Positions 16,879 to 25,164 of a stretch of DNA of 64,000 bases are shown in pieces (position 1 is the first letter of the stretch; each line of letters opens with the position of its first letter). The DNA comes from Myxococcales bacterium. Lineage in GTDB: Bacteria > Myxococcota_A > Polyangia > Polyangiales > Houyiibacteriaceae. The notes beneath the pieces are model-generated. The model saw only the letters and a program-made list of their open reading frames with translations, was not told the origin of the DNA and made no database searches. A program made the position numbers and the translations under genes. Location of the stretch: assembly GCA_024643985.1 (NCBI GenBank), contig JAHELW010000001.1, positions 15,884-79,883 of the forward strand, given 5' to 3'.

Positions 16879-18909
16879 GTGGGCTTGCAGAAGCGATTTC
16901 ACGACAGCGAGATCTTCTTGGACCTGGCTGGCAGCGATCTGCCGGAGCTCGTCCGGCAGGCGCTCGACGAGCTCGTCCAGATCGGCAAGCTCGAGCCCCG
17001 CCAGCGCCGCGCGATTCAGGCGACACTCGACGAGCGGGGGCAGGGTGAGCTCTGGGACCTCGGCGGCGGCGGCGGTGTTCTTCGCGTTCGCTTCGAGGCC
17101 GACAATGGTGACGACTATCGGTGCGCGCTCATCCGCGTTCCGGAGGGCGTCCGGGCGAGCGATCACGAAAAGGTTCACTACGTCTGGTTGATCGTCGCTC
17201 CCTACGGCGCCGCGACGCCGCCGAATGAAGAGCTCGAGCCGTTCGGATGGATGCTCCACGACGAGCACTTCAGCGCGTCGATCATCGGGGCAAACGACCC
17301 GATGCAGGTCTTGGCCACGTATCAGCTCTACCTCGAGTACGTCGAAGCGCCTCCCGACCAGCGTCGGCCGTCCCTGGTGCCCACTTACCCGAGCGTTCCT
17401 CCGCCAGTGACCGGCTTTGGCGCGGGGTTGGTCGCCGACCTCAAGAGAAAGCTTCCCCACTACGCGAGCGATTTCACCGACGGCTTCAACGCGAAGGGGC
17501 TCGCAACCATCCTGTTTCTGTTCTTCGCATGTCTCGCACCTTCGATCGCGTTCGGCGGCCTCTTGGCCTTCTTGACCGATGGCGAGATCGGCACGGTCGA
17601 GGCCTTGCTCGCCACCGCGGTGGGCGGCGTGACGTACGCCCTGTTGTCGGGGCAACCTCTCACCCTTCTCGGGAGCACCGGCCCGGTCACGATCTTCATC
17701 GCGCTGCTCTACGTCTTCTCCAAGCAAGTCGGCGTGCCCTTCCTCCCGGCGCTCTTCTGGATAGGGATTTGGAGTGCCTTGATGATGCTCGTCCTCGCGC
17801 TGACCAACGCGAGCCGGTACATCCGCCACTTCACCCGTTTCACCGACGAGATCTTCGCCGCGCTGATTTCCGCGATCTTCATCACCGAGGCGCTTCGCGA
17901 CATTCTCGGCGACATCCTCGGCGAGGAGGTGCCGACCACCGGCGAGCTTCTCGCCCTCGTGTTGGCTCTCGGCACCTACGTCATCGCGCAGCAGCTCTCC
18001 CGCCTCCGGCAGAAGCCGCTTCTGACCAAGACGGTGCGAGAGTTCGTCGCCGACTTCGGTCCAGCAATCGCCATTTCCCTGATGACGGCGGCGGCGTGGG
18101 CGATGCGGCCCATCGAGCTCGAGCACCTCGCCGTTCCCGACCATTTCGGGACGACGAGCGGTCGAGCTTGGCTCGTCGACCCGATGGATGCTCCCGTCTG
18201 GTTCTGGTTTGCATCGATTCCCATCGCCGGTCTTGCAACCGTGTTGCTGTTCCTCGACCAGAACATCACCGTTCGAATCGTCAACAGCCCCCATCACCGT
18301 CTGAAAAAAGGCGCAGGCTACAACCTCGACATGGTCGTCATCGCGCTTCTGGTCGGCGTGTGCGCCATGCTCGGTCTCCCATGGCTCGTCGCCGCCACGG
18401 TGCGCTCGTTGAATCACGTGCGCTCGCTCGCGACGGTCCGTCAGCACGCGCGCGGCGAGCACATCATTTCGGTCCAAGAGAACCGCCTCACGCCGTTGGT
18501 CGTGCACGCGCTGATCGGGGGTTCCCTTCTCTTCTTGGGACTGCTCCGCGCGATTCCGATGTCGGTGGTGTTTGGGCTTTTCCTCTTCATGGGCATCGCA
18601 TCACTTCGTGGGAACCAGTTCATCGACCGGCTGAAGCTCTGGGTCACCGACCCGGACCTCTACCCGCCCACGCACTACGTACGGCGGGTCTCGCGAACCG
18701 TGCTCCACACCTTCACCCTGATTCAGGTCGGCTGCCTGATCTTTCTCTGGACGGTCAAGGAGTCGTCGTTCGGCGTGCTCTTCCCGATCTGTATCGCCCT
18801 GCTAGTGCCGATTCGTCGCGGGCTCGATCGGATCTTCAGCCAGCGAGATCTCGCATTCCTCGACGCCGACGAGGAGCCCGAAGAGGAGCAATACAGGGAG
18901 ATGGACTGA
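16879..18909 (+). CDS. SLC4 (Band 3 / bicarbonate transporter)-family anion exchanger with N-terminal EIIA-like cytoplasmic domain
   Basis: The membrane-domain start KRKLPHYASDFTDGFNAKGLATILFLFFACLAPSIAFGGLL...STGPVTIF...RFTDEIFAALISAIFI is near-collinear with eukaryotic AE1/BOR1 TM1-5. It is preceded by about 190 aa with a PTS-EIIA-2/Band-3-cytoplasmic-like pattern (HYVWLIVAP). GTG start. Confidence 0.8.
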   Translation: MGLQKRFHDSEIFLDLAGSDLPELVRQALDELVQIGKLEPRQRRAIQATLDERGQGELWDLGGGGGVLRVRFEADNGDDYRCALIRVPEGVRASDHEKVHYVWLIVAPYGAATPPNEELEPFGWMLHDEHFSASIIGANDPMQVLATYQLYLEYVEAPPDQRRPSLVPTYPSVPPPVTGFGAGLVADLKRKLPHYASDFTDGFNAKGLATILFLFFACLAPSIAFGGLLAFLTDGEIGTVEALLATAVGGVTYALLSGQPLTLLGSTGPVTIFIALLYVFSKQVGVPFLPALFWIGIWSALMMLVLALTNASRYIRHFTRFTDEIFAALISAIFITEALRDILGDILGEEVPTTGELLALVLALGTYVIAQQLSRLRQKPLLTKTVREFVADFGPAIAISLMTAAAWAMRPIELEHLAVPDHFGTTSGRAWLVDPMDAPVWFWFASIPIAGLATVLLFLDQNITVRIVNSPHHRLKKGAGYNLDMVVIALLVGVCAMLGLPWLVAATVRSLNHVRSLATVRQHARGEHIISVQENRLTPLVVHALIGGSLLFLGLLRAIPMSVVFGLFLFMGIASLRGNQFIDRLKLWVTDPDLYPPTHYVRRVSRTVLHTFTLIQVGCLIFLWTVKESSFGVLFPICIALLVPIRRGLDRIFSQRDLAFLDADEEPEEEQYREMD

Positions 18910-18958
18910 AGGACGACCCTTTTTTCTGTCGTCACCCCCAACGACCTATCCTCGCCAC

Positions 18959-19528
18959 ATGCCCCGCCCGATTCCCCTACGGCTCCTTACCGATCGCGAG
19001 CACTACGAGCACGTGATGAAAGCCGTGCTCGAGGCGCGACGGAGCGTTTGGATTGCCACGGCAAATCTCAAGGAAGTGATGGTCGAGGATGCCAACGTGC
19101 GTCCTGGAAGGCGGCGCGGGCGGCGCGGCGGATACCGCTCGGCGCTGGAGGCTTTTGCGGAGCTCGCGGAGCGCGGGGTCGAGCTCCGAATTCTCCATGC
19201 ATCCATGCCGTCGCGGCCTTTTCGGCGAAGCTTCGACGCCCAGCCCGGGCTCGTATCGGGCGGGATCGAGATGAGGGTCTGTCCCCGGGTTCACCTGAAG
19301 ACGGTCGTCGTCGATGCGCGCCTCGCTTATTTGGGCAGCGCCAACTGGACGGGCGCGGGCCTCGGCGCGAAGGGCGAGGGAAGGCGCAACTTCGAAATGG
19401 GCATCGTGACGTCGGACGAGCAGATCATCGACGAGGTTCAGGACCGCTACGATCGCATCTGGCGAGGGGCAGAATGCGCCGGGTGCCGCCTCCGCGATGA
19501 ATGCGAAATGCCGCTCGACGCGATTTAA
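18959..19528 (+). CDS. phospholipase D-like (single HKD, Nuc-like) protein
   Basis: One HKD motif, HLKTVVVDARLAYLGSANWT. The size (189 aa) is typical of Nuc-type PLD nucleases or phosphodiesterases. Confidence 0.75.
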   Translation: MPRPIPLRLLTDREHYEHVMKAVLEARRSVWIATANLKEVMVEDANVRPGRRRGRRGGYRSALEAFAELAERGVELRILHASMPSRPFRRSFDAQPGLVSGGIEMRVCPRVHLKTVVVDARLAYLGSANWTGAGLGAKGEGRRNFEMGIVTSDEQIIDEVQDRYDRIWRGAECAGCRLRDECEMPLDAI

Positions 19529-21354
19529 GCGTCCTCGAACTGCCCGCGTGCCTTCAAGGCGTCCATGATGATGTCGACGGCTTGGTCGATGCGGACCTCG
19601 TCGAGCGCCACCGTGATGTCCGGGGCCTCGGGTGGCTCGAAGCCGGAGAAGTCGGCGTCCGGGCGGCGCTCCCGGCAAAGCGCTTCGTCGGTGTTTACGT
19701 AGACCTGGATCACTCGATCTTCGCCGATGCGTGCCGTGAGCTCGTCCCGATCCTTCCGCGCGGGGCTAGGAAACGCGCAGATGTTGATCAGGCCGGCATC
19801 GGTGATGCCCTTCGCGGCCGAGATCATGGAACGGAGATCTTCGCCGACCGGGCTCACGACGGTGGCGGTGCGCCCCTCGTCGAAGAGCTTTCGTTCGAGC
19901 GCGTATGCGAGCGTCCATCGACCCGACCCGGGCAGCCCCGTCAGCCACACCGTGGCTCCCTTTTGGCCGAAGCGCTCCATGCGTTCGGTCGGGCTCACGA
20001 AGGTCTTCGGCTCCATCGCCGACTCCGCGTGAAGCTCCTTCATCACGTCGCTGAGGTTTTGATCGGCTCCCTCGAGAATGATCATGCCGGCCGCGACGGT
20101 GTTGTTCGTCAACGAGTCGATGACGATGAACGCCCCGGTTTCGCGGTTTCGCTGGTAGTCGTCCACGTATAGCGCTCGGTGACAGCTCAGCCGAACCTTC
20201 GCGACGTCGTTCAGCTCGATTCCATCGGTCTTCCTCGCCTCGAGCGAATGCATGTCGATCTCGTGATAGATCTTGTCGATCCGCGCCCGGACCGTTTGGG
20301 TCGTGTGCTTGACGAGGTAGGCTTTCTCGGTGTCGAGCGGGCGCTCGTGCATCCAGACCATGTGCGCGTCGAACCGCCGGGTGACCCGGGGAAGGTTGTC
20401 GGGCTTGACGATCATGTCGCCTCGGCTGACGTCGATCTCGTCCTCGAGCCGAATCGTCACCGACTGACTGGCGAACGCCTCGTCCAGCTCTCCGTCGTAC
20501 GTATCGATGGCCTTGACCTTGGACGTTCTTCCGGACGGAAGGGCTACGATCTCGTCGCCCTTCGCAACCACGCCGGCTGCGACCTCGCCTGCAAAGCCTC
20601 GATAGTCGAGGTCCGGCCGGATCACGTACTGCACGGGGTATCTGAGATCCTCGAAGTTGCGGTCCGCGAAGACCGGCACCGTCTCGAGGTACTCGAGGAC
20701 GTTCGGTCCGTCGTACCAAGGGGTGTTGTCGCTGTCGCTCACGACGTTGTCGCCGACTAGAGCGCTCACGGGGAAGAACTGGATGTCTTTGAACCTCAGC
20801 GTCTTGCCGAACTCCATGAAGTCGGCGCTGATCGCGTCGAACACCTCTTTCGAGTAGTCCTCGAGGTCCATCTTGTTGACGCAGACCGCGAGGTGCGGGA
20901 TCCCCAGGAGAGAGGCGATGTAGGCATGCCGGCGCGACTGCTCGAGAACGCCGTGACGTGCGTCGATCAAGATGAGCGCGACGTCAGCCGTCGAGGCGCC
21001 CGTGACCATGTTCCGCGTGTACTGGATGTGGCCAGGGGTGTCCGCGATGATGAACTTGCGTTTGTCGGTTGCGAAATAACGGTACGCAACGTCGATGGTG
21101 ATCCCTTGCTCCCGTTCGGCCTTCAGGCCGTCCGTGAGAAGCGCGAGGTCGGGAGCATCGGTCTGCGAGGCGGCGCGCACGGCCGCCATCTGGTCTTCGA
21201 ACACCATGCCGGTGTCGTAGAGAATGCGACCGATCAGCGTGGACTTGCCGTCGTCGACCGAGCCGACCGAGACGAAGCGGAGCAGCTCCTTTTTCTGGTA
21301 TTTCGCGAGATAAGCCTCGATATCGTCGCGAATCAGGTCCTTTTCGTCCGTCAT
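19525..21354 (-). CDS. cysNC: sulfate adenylyltransferase subunit 1 fused to a (degenerate) APS-kinase-like domain
   Basis: GTPase motifs GSVDDGKST, DTPGH, NKMD. The C-terminal roughly 170 aa are APS-kinase-like, but the P-loop reads GLPGSGRWT. Confidence 0.9.
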   Translation of the reverse strand: MTDEKDLIRDDIEAYLAKYQKKELLRFVSVGSVDDGKSTLIGRILYDTGMVFEDQMAAVRAASQTDAPDLALLTDGLKAEREQGITIDVAYRYFATDKRKFIIADTPGHIQYTRNMVTGASTADVALILIDARHGVLEQSRRHAYIASLLGIPHLAVCVNKMDLEDYSKEVFDAISADFMEFGKTLRFKDIQFFPVSALVGDNVVSDSDNTPWYDGPNVLEYLETVPVFADRNFEDLRYPVQYVIRPDLDYRGFAGEVAAGVVAKGDEIVALPSGRTSKVKAIDTYDGELDEAFASQSVTIRLEDEIDVSRGDMIVKPDNLPRVTRRFDAHMVWMHERPLDTEKAYLVKHTTQTVRARIDKIYHEIDMHSLEARKTDGIELNDVAKVRLSCHRALYVDDYQRNRETGAFIVIDSLTNNTVAAGMIILEGADQNLSDVMKELHAESAMEPKTFVSPTERMERFGQKGATVWLTGLPGSGRWTLAYALERKLFDEGRTATVVSPVGEDLRSMISAAKGITDAGLINICAFPSPARKDRDELTARIGEDRVIQVYVNTDEALCRERRPDADFSGFEPPEAPDITVALDEVRIDQAVDIIMDALKARGQFEDA

Positions 21355-21383
21355 GGCGTTCCTCGGAAGGGCCTCGGGCCGGC

Positions 21384-22298
21384 TCAGAAATACCCCTCGC
21401 GCTTCTTGACCTCCATCGAGCCCTCTTCATCGAAGTCGATCAGGCGGCCCTGCCGCTCCGAGAACTTGTTGAGAAGCATTTCTCGAATGACTTTGGGGAC
21501 GGTATCGGCCTCGGACTCGACCGCCCCGCTCAGCGGATAGCATCCGAGGGTCCGGAAGCGCACCCTCTTCATCACCGGCTCTTCGCCTTCCTCGAGGCGC
21601 ATGCGGTCGTCGTCGACGAGAATCCAAGTCCCGGAGCGCTCCACGACCGGCCGCTCTTTTGCAAAGTAAAGCGGCACGACGGGAATGTTTTCGAGCCACA
21701 CGTACAGCCAGACGTCGAGCTCGGTCCAGTTGCTCAACGGAAAGACGCGCACGTTTTCGCCTTTTTTGATTTGCGCGTTGAAGATATTCCAAAGCTCGGG
21801 GCGCTGGTTTTTCGGGTCCCACTGGTGGTGGCTGTCCCGAAACGAAAAGATGCGCTCCTTCGCGCGCGACTTTTCTTCGTCGCGGCGTGCACCTCCGAAA
21901 GCGCAGTCGAATTCGTATTTGGTGAGGGCCTGCTTCAGCGCCTCGGTCTTCATGATGTCCGTGTACTTCTTGCTGCCGAAGTCGAAGGGATTCATTCCCA
22001 TCGCGACGCCGTCCTGGTTCGTGTACTTGATCAGCTCGCCCTTGAGCTCGGCCTCGATTCGGTCTCGATACCGGTACATGTCCTGGAACTTCCACGTCGT
22101 ATCGACGTGAAGAAGTGGAAAAGGCAGCGGCCCGGGCGCGAAGGCCTTTTCGGCGAGACGCAGCATCACCGAGGAGTCCTTGCCGACCGAGTACATCATG
22201 ACCGGGTTGTCGAACTCCGCCGCGGCCTCACGGATGATTTGGATACTCTCCGCTTCCAACTGGCGGAGCTGGCTCAACTTGCGCTCGCTGACCTGCAC
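21384..22298 (-). CDS. cysD: sulfate adenylyltransferase subunit 2
   Basis: PP-loop region [12 protein letters not shown] and a conserved CysD C-terminus ([16 protein letters not shown]...[10 protein letters not shown]). Confidence 0.92.
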   Translation of the reverse strand: MQVSERKLSQLRQLEAESIQIIREAAAEFDNPVMMYSVGKDSSVMLRLAEKAFAPGPLPFPLLHVDTTWKFQDMYRYRDRIEAELKGELIKYTNQDGVAMGMNPFDFGSKKYTDIMKTEALKQALTKYEFDCAFGGARRDEEKSRAKERIFSFRDSHHQWDPKNQRPELWNIFNAQIKKGENVRVFPLSNWTELDVWLYVWLENIPVVPLYFAKERPVVERSGTWILVDDDRMRLEEGEEPVMKRVRFRTLGCYPLSGAVESEADTVPKVIREMLLNKFSERQGRLIDFDEEGSMEVKKREGYF

Positions 22299-22421
22299 GT
22301 TCTCTTCCCTAGGGCACGCCCCGCTCGGTGGCCACTCTATACGCCACTTCCTCGCGAGTTCAAAGCCCGACCCCCGAAGACAGCCGCTTCCCGAACCTCA
22401 TGCTAAGAACCTCCGCAACTG

Positions 22422-22967
22422 ATGTCGGCAATCGTTTGGATGGACATGGAAATGTCGGGTCTCGACCCCGACAAGGACCGCATCTTGGAGATCGCGGTGC
22501 TCGTCACCGATGGGGACCTGAACGTGGTCGCGGAGGGCCCGAATCTCGTCCTTCACCAGACGGATGCGCTTCTCGGGTCGATGGACGAGTGGAACACGAA
22601 GCACCACGGGCAGTCCGGCCTGACTCAGCGCGTTCGCGAGTCGACGATCGACGAGGCTCGCGTGTCACGCGAGCTGCTCGAATTCCTCGGAAGTCACACC
22701 GAGAAACGAAAGGCGCCGCTTGCGGGCAACTCGATTCATCAAGACCGGCGTTTCGTCGCCAGGTACCTGCCGGAGGTGGAAGCGTGGCTGCACTATCGCA
22801 ACATCGACGTCTCGACGATCAAAGAGCTGGCGAAGCGCTGGTACCCGACCGAGTACGCGGCAAGACCGACGAAGAAGGGCAGTCACCGCGCGATGGACGA
22901 CTTGATGGAGTCGATCGAGGAGCTCAGGTATTACCGAAAGGCGCTCTTCCTTTCGTCCGAAACGTGA
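22422..22967 (+). CDS. orn: oligoribonuclease
   Basis: DEDDh exonuclease motifs WMDMEMSGLD, AGNSIHQDRRF, HRAMDD. The length (181 aa) is typical. Confidence 0.92.
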   Translation: MSAIVWMDMEMSGLDPDKDRILEIAVLVTDGDLNVVAEGPNLVLHQTDALLGSMDEWNTKHHGQSGLTQRVRESTIDEARVSRELLEFLGSHTEKRKAPLAGNSIHQDRRFVARYLPEVEAWLHYRNIDVSTIKELAKRWYPTEYAARPTKKGSHRAMDDLMESIEELRYYRKALFLSSET

Positions 22968-23860
22968 GGTGGTGCGTACTCTTTCTGACGCTCTCTTCCG
23001 CGTGCGCTGGAGCCGCGGGTAGGGGGCCTCAGTCGGCCGAGGCGATCGTTCGCGCGCAGGCTGCACCCGCGGCGCTCGTCGACGCTCGAACGGGCAGGTC
23101 GATCGACGCAGACTCGTTTTTTGCGGCTCTCCGCACGAAGCAGGTCGTCTACGTGGGGGAACGCCACGATCGGCCGCGGGATCACGGCGTTCAATACTCG
23201 GTGCTCAGGCAGCTCCACCGCGACGTCCCCTCGCTCGCGATTGGGATGGAGATGTTCCAGGTGCCCTTCCAACCCGCCCTCGACGATTGGAGCGCAGGGC
23301 GAATCGACGAGACGGTGCTCCGGCGCGAGACCGAGTACGACGAGCGATGGGGCTTCGACTTCGGCCTGTATCGGCCCATGCTCGAATATGCGCGTGCCAA
23401 CGGCATCGAGGTCGTCGCGCTCAACGCGCCGCGAGAGGTCGCGTTCGCCGTCGCGCAAGGTGGCGTCGAGTCGCTCGACCCCGAGCTCGCGGCGACGCTG
23501 CCCGAGCTGGACCTCGAAAACGCGGCCCATCGCGCGATGTTCGACAGAGCGTTCGACGTCGGTGAGCACGGGGCCCAACAGACCGTCGATCAGTACTATC
23601 AGGCCCAGGTCGTTTGGGACGAGACGATGGGCGCACGCGTGGCCGAAGTCCTATCGCGACCCGACGGTCCGGAGACGATGATTGTCTTTGCAGGCCGCGT
23701 GCACGTGAGCGGCGGCCTCGGCATTCCCGATCGCGCCGCAAAGCGTGGTGCCGAGCCGTACGTCGTGGTCTTTCCGGTCACCGATTCCGAGCTCGAAGCC
23801 GAGCTGGAGCTGCCCCAGGCGGAGCGCTCGGCGGACTTCTATTGGGTGGTCGGGCCCTGA
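22964..23860 (+). CDS. ChaN-family (haem-binding / Tiki superfamily) lipoprotein
   Basis: The GTG at 22964 overlaps the orn stop. Signal/lipobox VRWCVLFLTLSSAC, and the core VVYVGERHDRPRDH...AIGMEMFQVPFQPALDDW...VVALNAPRE matches the ChaN family layout. Confidence 0.7.
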   Translation: MRWCVLFLTLSSACAGAAGRGPQSAEAIVRAQAAPAALVDARTGRSIDADSFFAALRTKQVVYVGERHDRPRDHGVQYSVLRQLHRDVPSLAIGMEMFQVPFQPALDDWSAGRIDETVLRRETEYDERWGFDFGLYRPMLEYARANGIEVVALNAPREVAFAVAQGGVESLDPELAATLPELDLENAAHRAMFDRAFDVGEHGAQQTVDQYYQAQVVWDETMGARVAEVLSRPDGPETMIVFAGRVHVSGGLGIPDRAAKRGAEPYVVVFPVTDSELEAELELPQAERSADFYWVVGP

Positions 23861-23948
23861 TTTCGGGCCGATTTGCGCGCATCGCCCCACCAAACTAGAA
23901 CGTGTTTCAGTTTCTGGGCGCTCGCGGGCGCCCTCGAAAGGAAACGCG

Positions 23949-25160
23949 ATGACGGATTGCTTCATCTACGACGCGGTACGCACCCCGCGCGGCAAAGGCA
24001 GAAAAAAGAGCGGCGCGCTGGCCGATGCGCCGCCGCTTCGCATGGCCAAGGCCGTGCTCGAGGCGATTCCCGCTCGAGGGGGCTTCGAGGACGCCGAGAT
24101 CGAGGACGTGATCTTCGGCTGCGTCGAGCCCGTTGGCGAGCAGGGCGCAAACGTGGGTCGCATGGCAGCGCTGATCTCCGGCTACGACGACCGTGTTCCA
24201 GGCGTCCAGCTCAACCGTTTCTGCTCCTCGGGCCTCGAAGCGGTCAACATCGCGGCCGCGAAGGTCAAGGCGGGAGACGTCGATCTCGCGGTCGGCGGTG
24301 GCATGGAAAGCATGAGCCGCATTTCCATGGGCGCCGCCGGCGGAGCGTGGTCCACCGATCCCGAGCTCGCGTGGGGAACGTCCTTCGTGCCGCAGGGAAT
24401 CAGCGCCGATCTCATTGCGACGAAGTACGGCTACTCGCGTGACGACGTCGACGCGTTTGCCGTCGAGAGCCAGGCGCGCGCAGCCGCGGCGTGGGAGGGC
24501 GGACACTTCGAACGCTCGGTGATTCCGGTCAAGGATGCGATCGGCGTGACGATGCTCGACCGCGACGAGCACATGCGGCCGGGCACCACCCTCGCAGATC
24601 TCGCCGAGCTCGAGCCGAGCTTCGAGCGGATGGGACGGAGCTTCGGCTTCGATGCCGTGGCGATTCAGAAGCATCCGCAGGTCGAACGGATCGAGCACGT
24701 TCATCACGCAGGCAACTCTTCGGGCATCGTCGACGGAGCCGCCGCGGTGCTGATCGGCAACGAAGAGGCCGGCAAGCGTCTCGGACTTCGCCCGCGCGCT
24801 CGAATCATACGGTCCTCGACCGTGGGCACCGAGCCTTGCATCATGCTCACCGGCCCGGCGCCGGCGTCGCGCAAGGCGCTCGAGAAGGCCGGCATGCGCG
24901 CGTCGGACATCGACCTCTGGGAGATCAACGAGGCGTTTAGCTCGGTCTGCCTCCTCTTCATGGAGGAGATGGGCATCGACCGTTCCATCGTGAACGTCAA
25001 CGGCGGTGCGATCGCATTCGGGCATCCACTCGGTGCCACGGGGGCGATGCTTCTCGGGACGGTGCTCGACGAGCTCGAGCGCCGCGACCTCGGCACGGGC
25101 CTCGTCACGCTCTGCGTCGGCGCCGGCATGGGCACCTCAACCATCATCGAGCGGGTGTAG
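23949..25160 (+). CDS. acetyl-CoA C-acyltransferase (3-ketoacyl-CoA thiolase)
   Basis: MTDCFIYDAVRTPRGKG, active-site RFCSSGLEA, NEAFS, GGAIAFGHPLGATG, CVGAGMG. Confidence 0.9.
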   Translation: MTDCFIYDAVRTPRGKGRKKSGALADAPPLRMAKAVLEAIPARGGFEDAEIEDVIFGCVEPVGEQGANVGRMAALISGYDDRVPGVQLNRFCSSGLEAVNIAAAKVKAGDVDLAVGGGMESMSRISMGAAGGAWSTDPELAWGTSFVPQGISADLIATKYGYSRDDVDAFAVESQARAAAAWEGGHFERSVIPVKDAIGVTMLDRDEHMRPGTTLADLAELEPSFERMGRSFGFDAVAIQKHPQVERIEHVHHAGNSSGIVDGAAAVLIGNEEAGKRLGLRPRARIIRSSTVGTEPCIMLTGPAPASRKALEKAGMRASDIDLWEINEAFSSVCLLFMEEMGIDRSIVNVNGGAIAFGHPLGATGAMLLGTVLDELERRDLGTGLVTLCVGAGMGTSTIIERV

Positions 25161-25164
25161 GAAC

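Noticed and set aside
16492-18507. 671-aa ORF on the minus strand
   Set aside because: It is antisense to the well-supported SLC4 gene. The translation is Arg/Gly/Asp/Glu-rich low-complexity sequence with no motifs, which is a typical high-GC shadow ORF.
18959-19528. PLD-like nuclease as a stand-alone defence or restriction component
   Set aside because: No methylase, helicase, ATPase or other defence-island genes are adjacent, and its neighbours are metabolic. It is kept only as a possible NHEJ-associated nuclease in the locus-context finding.
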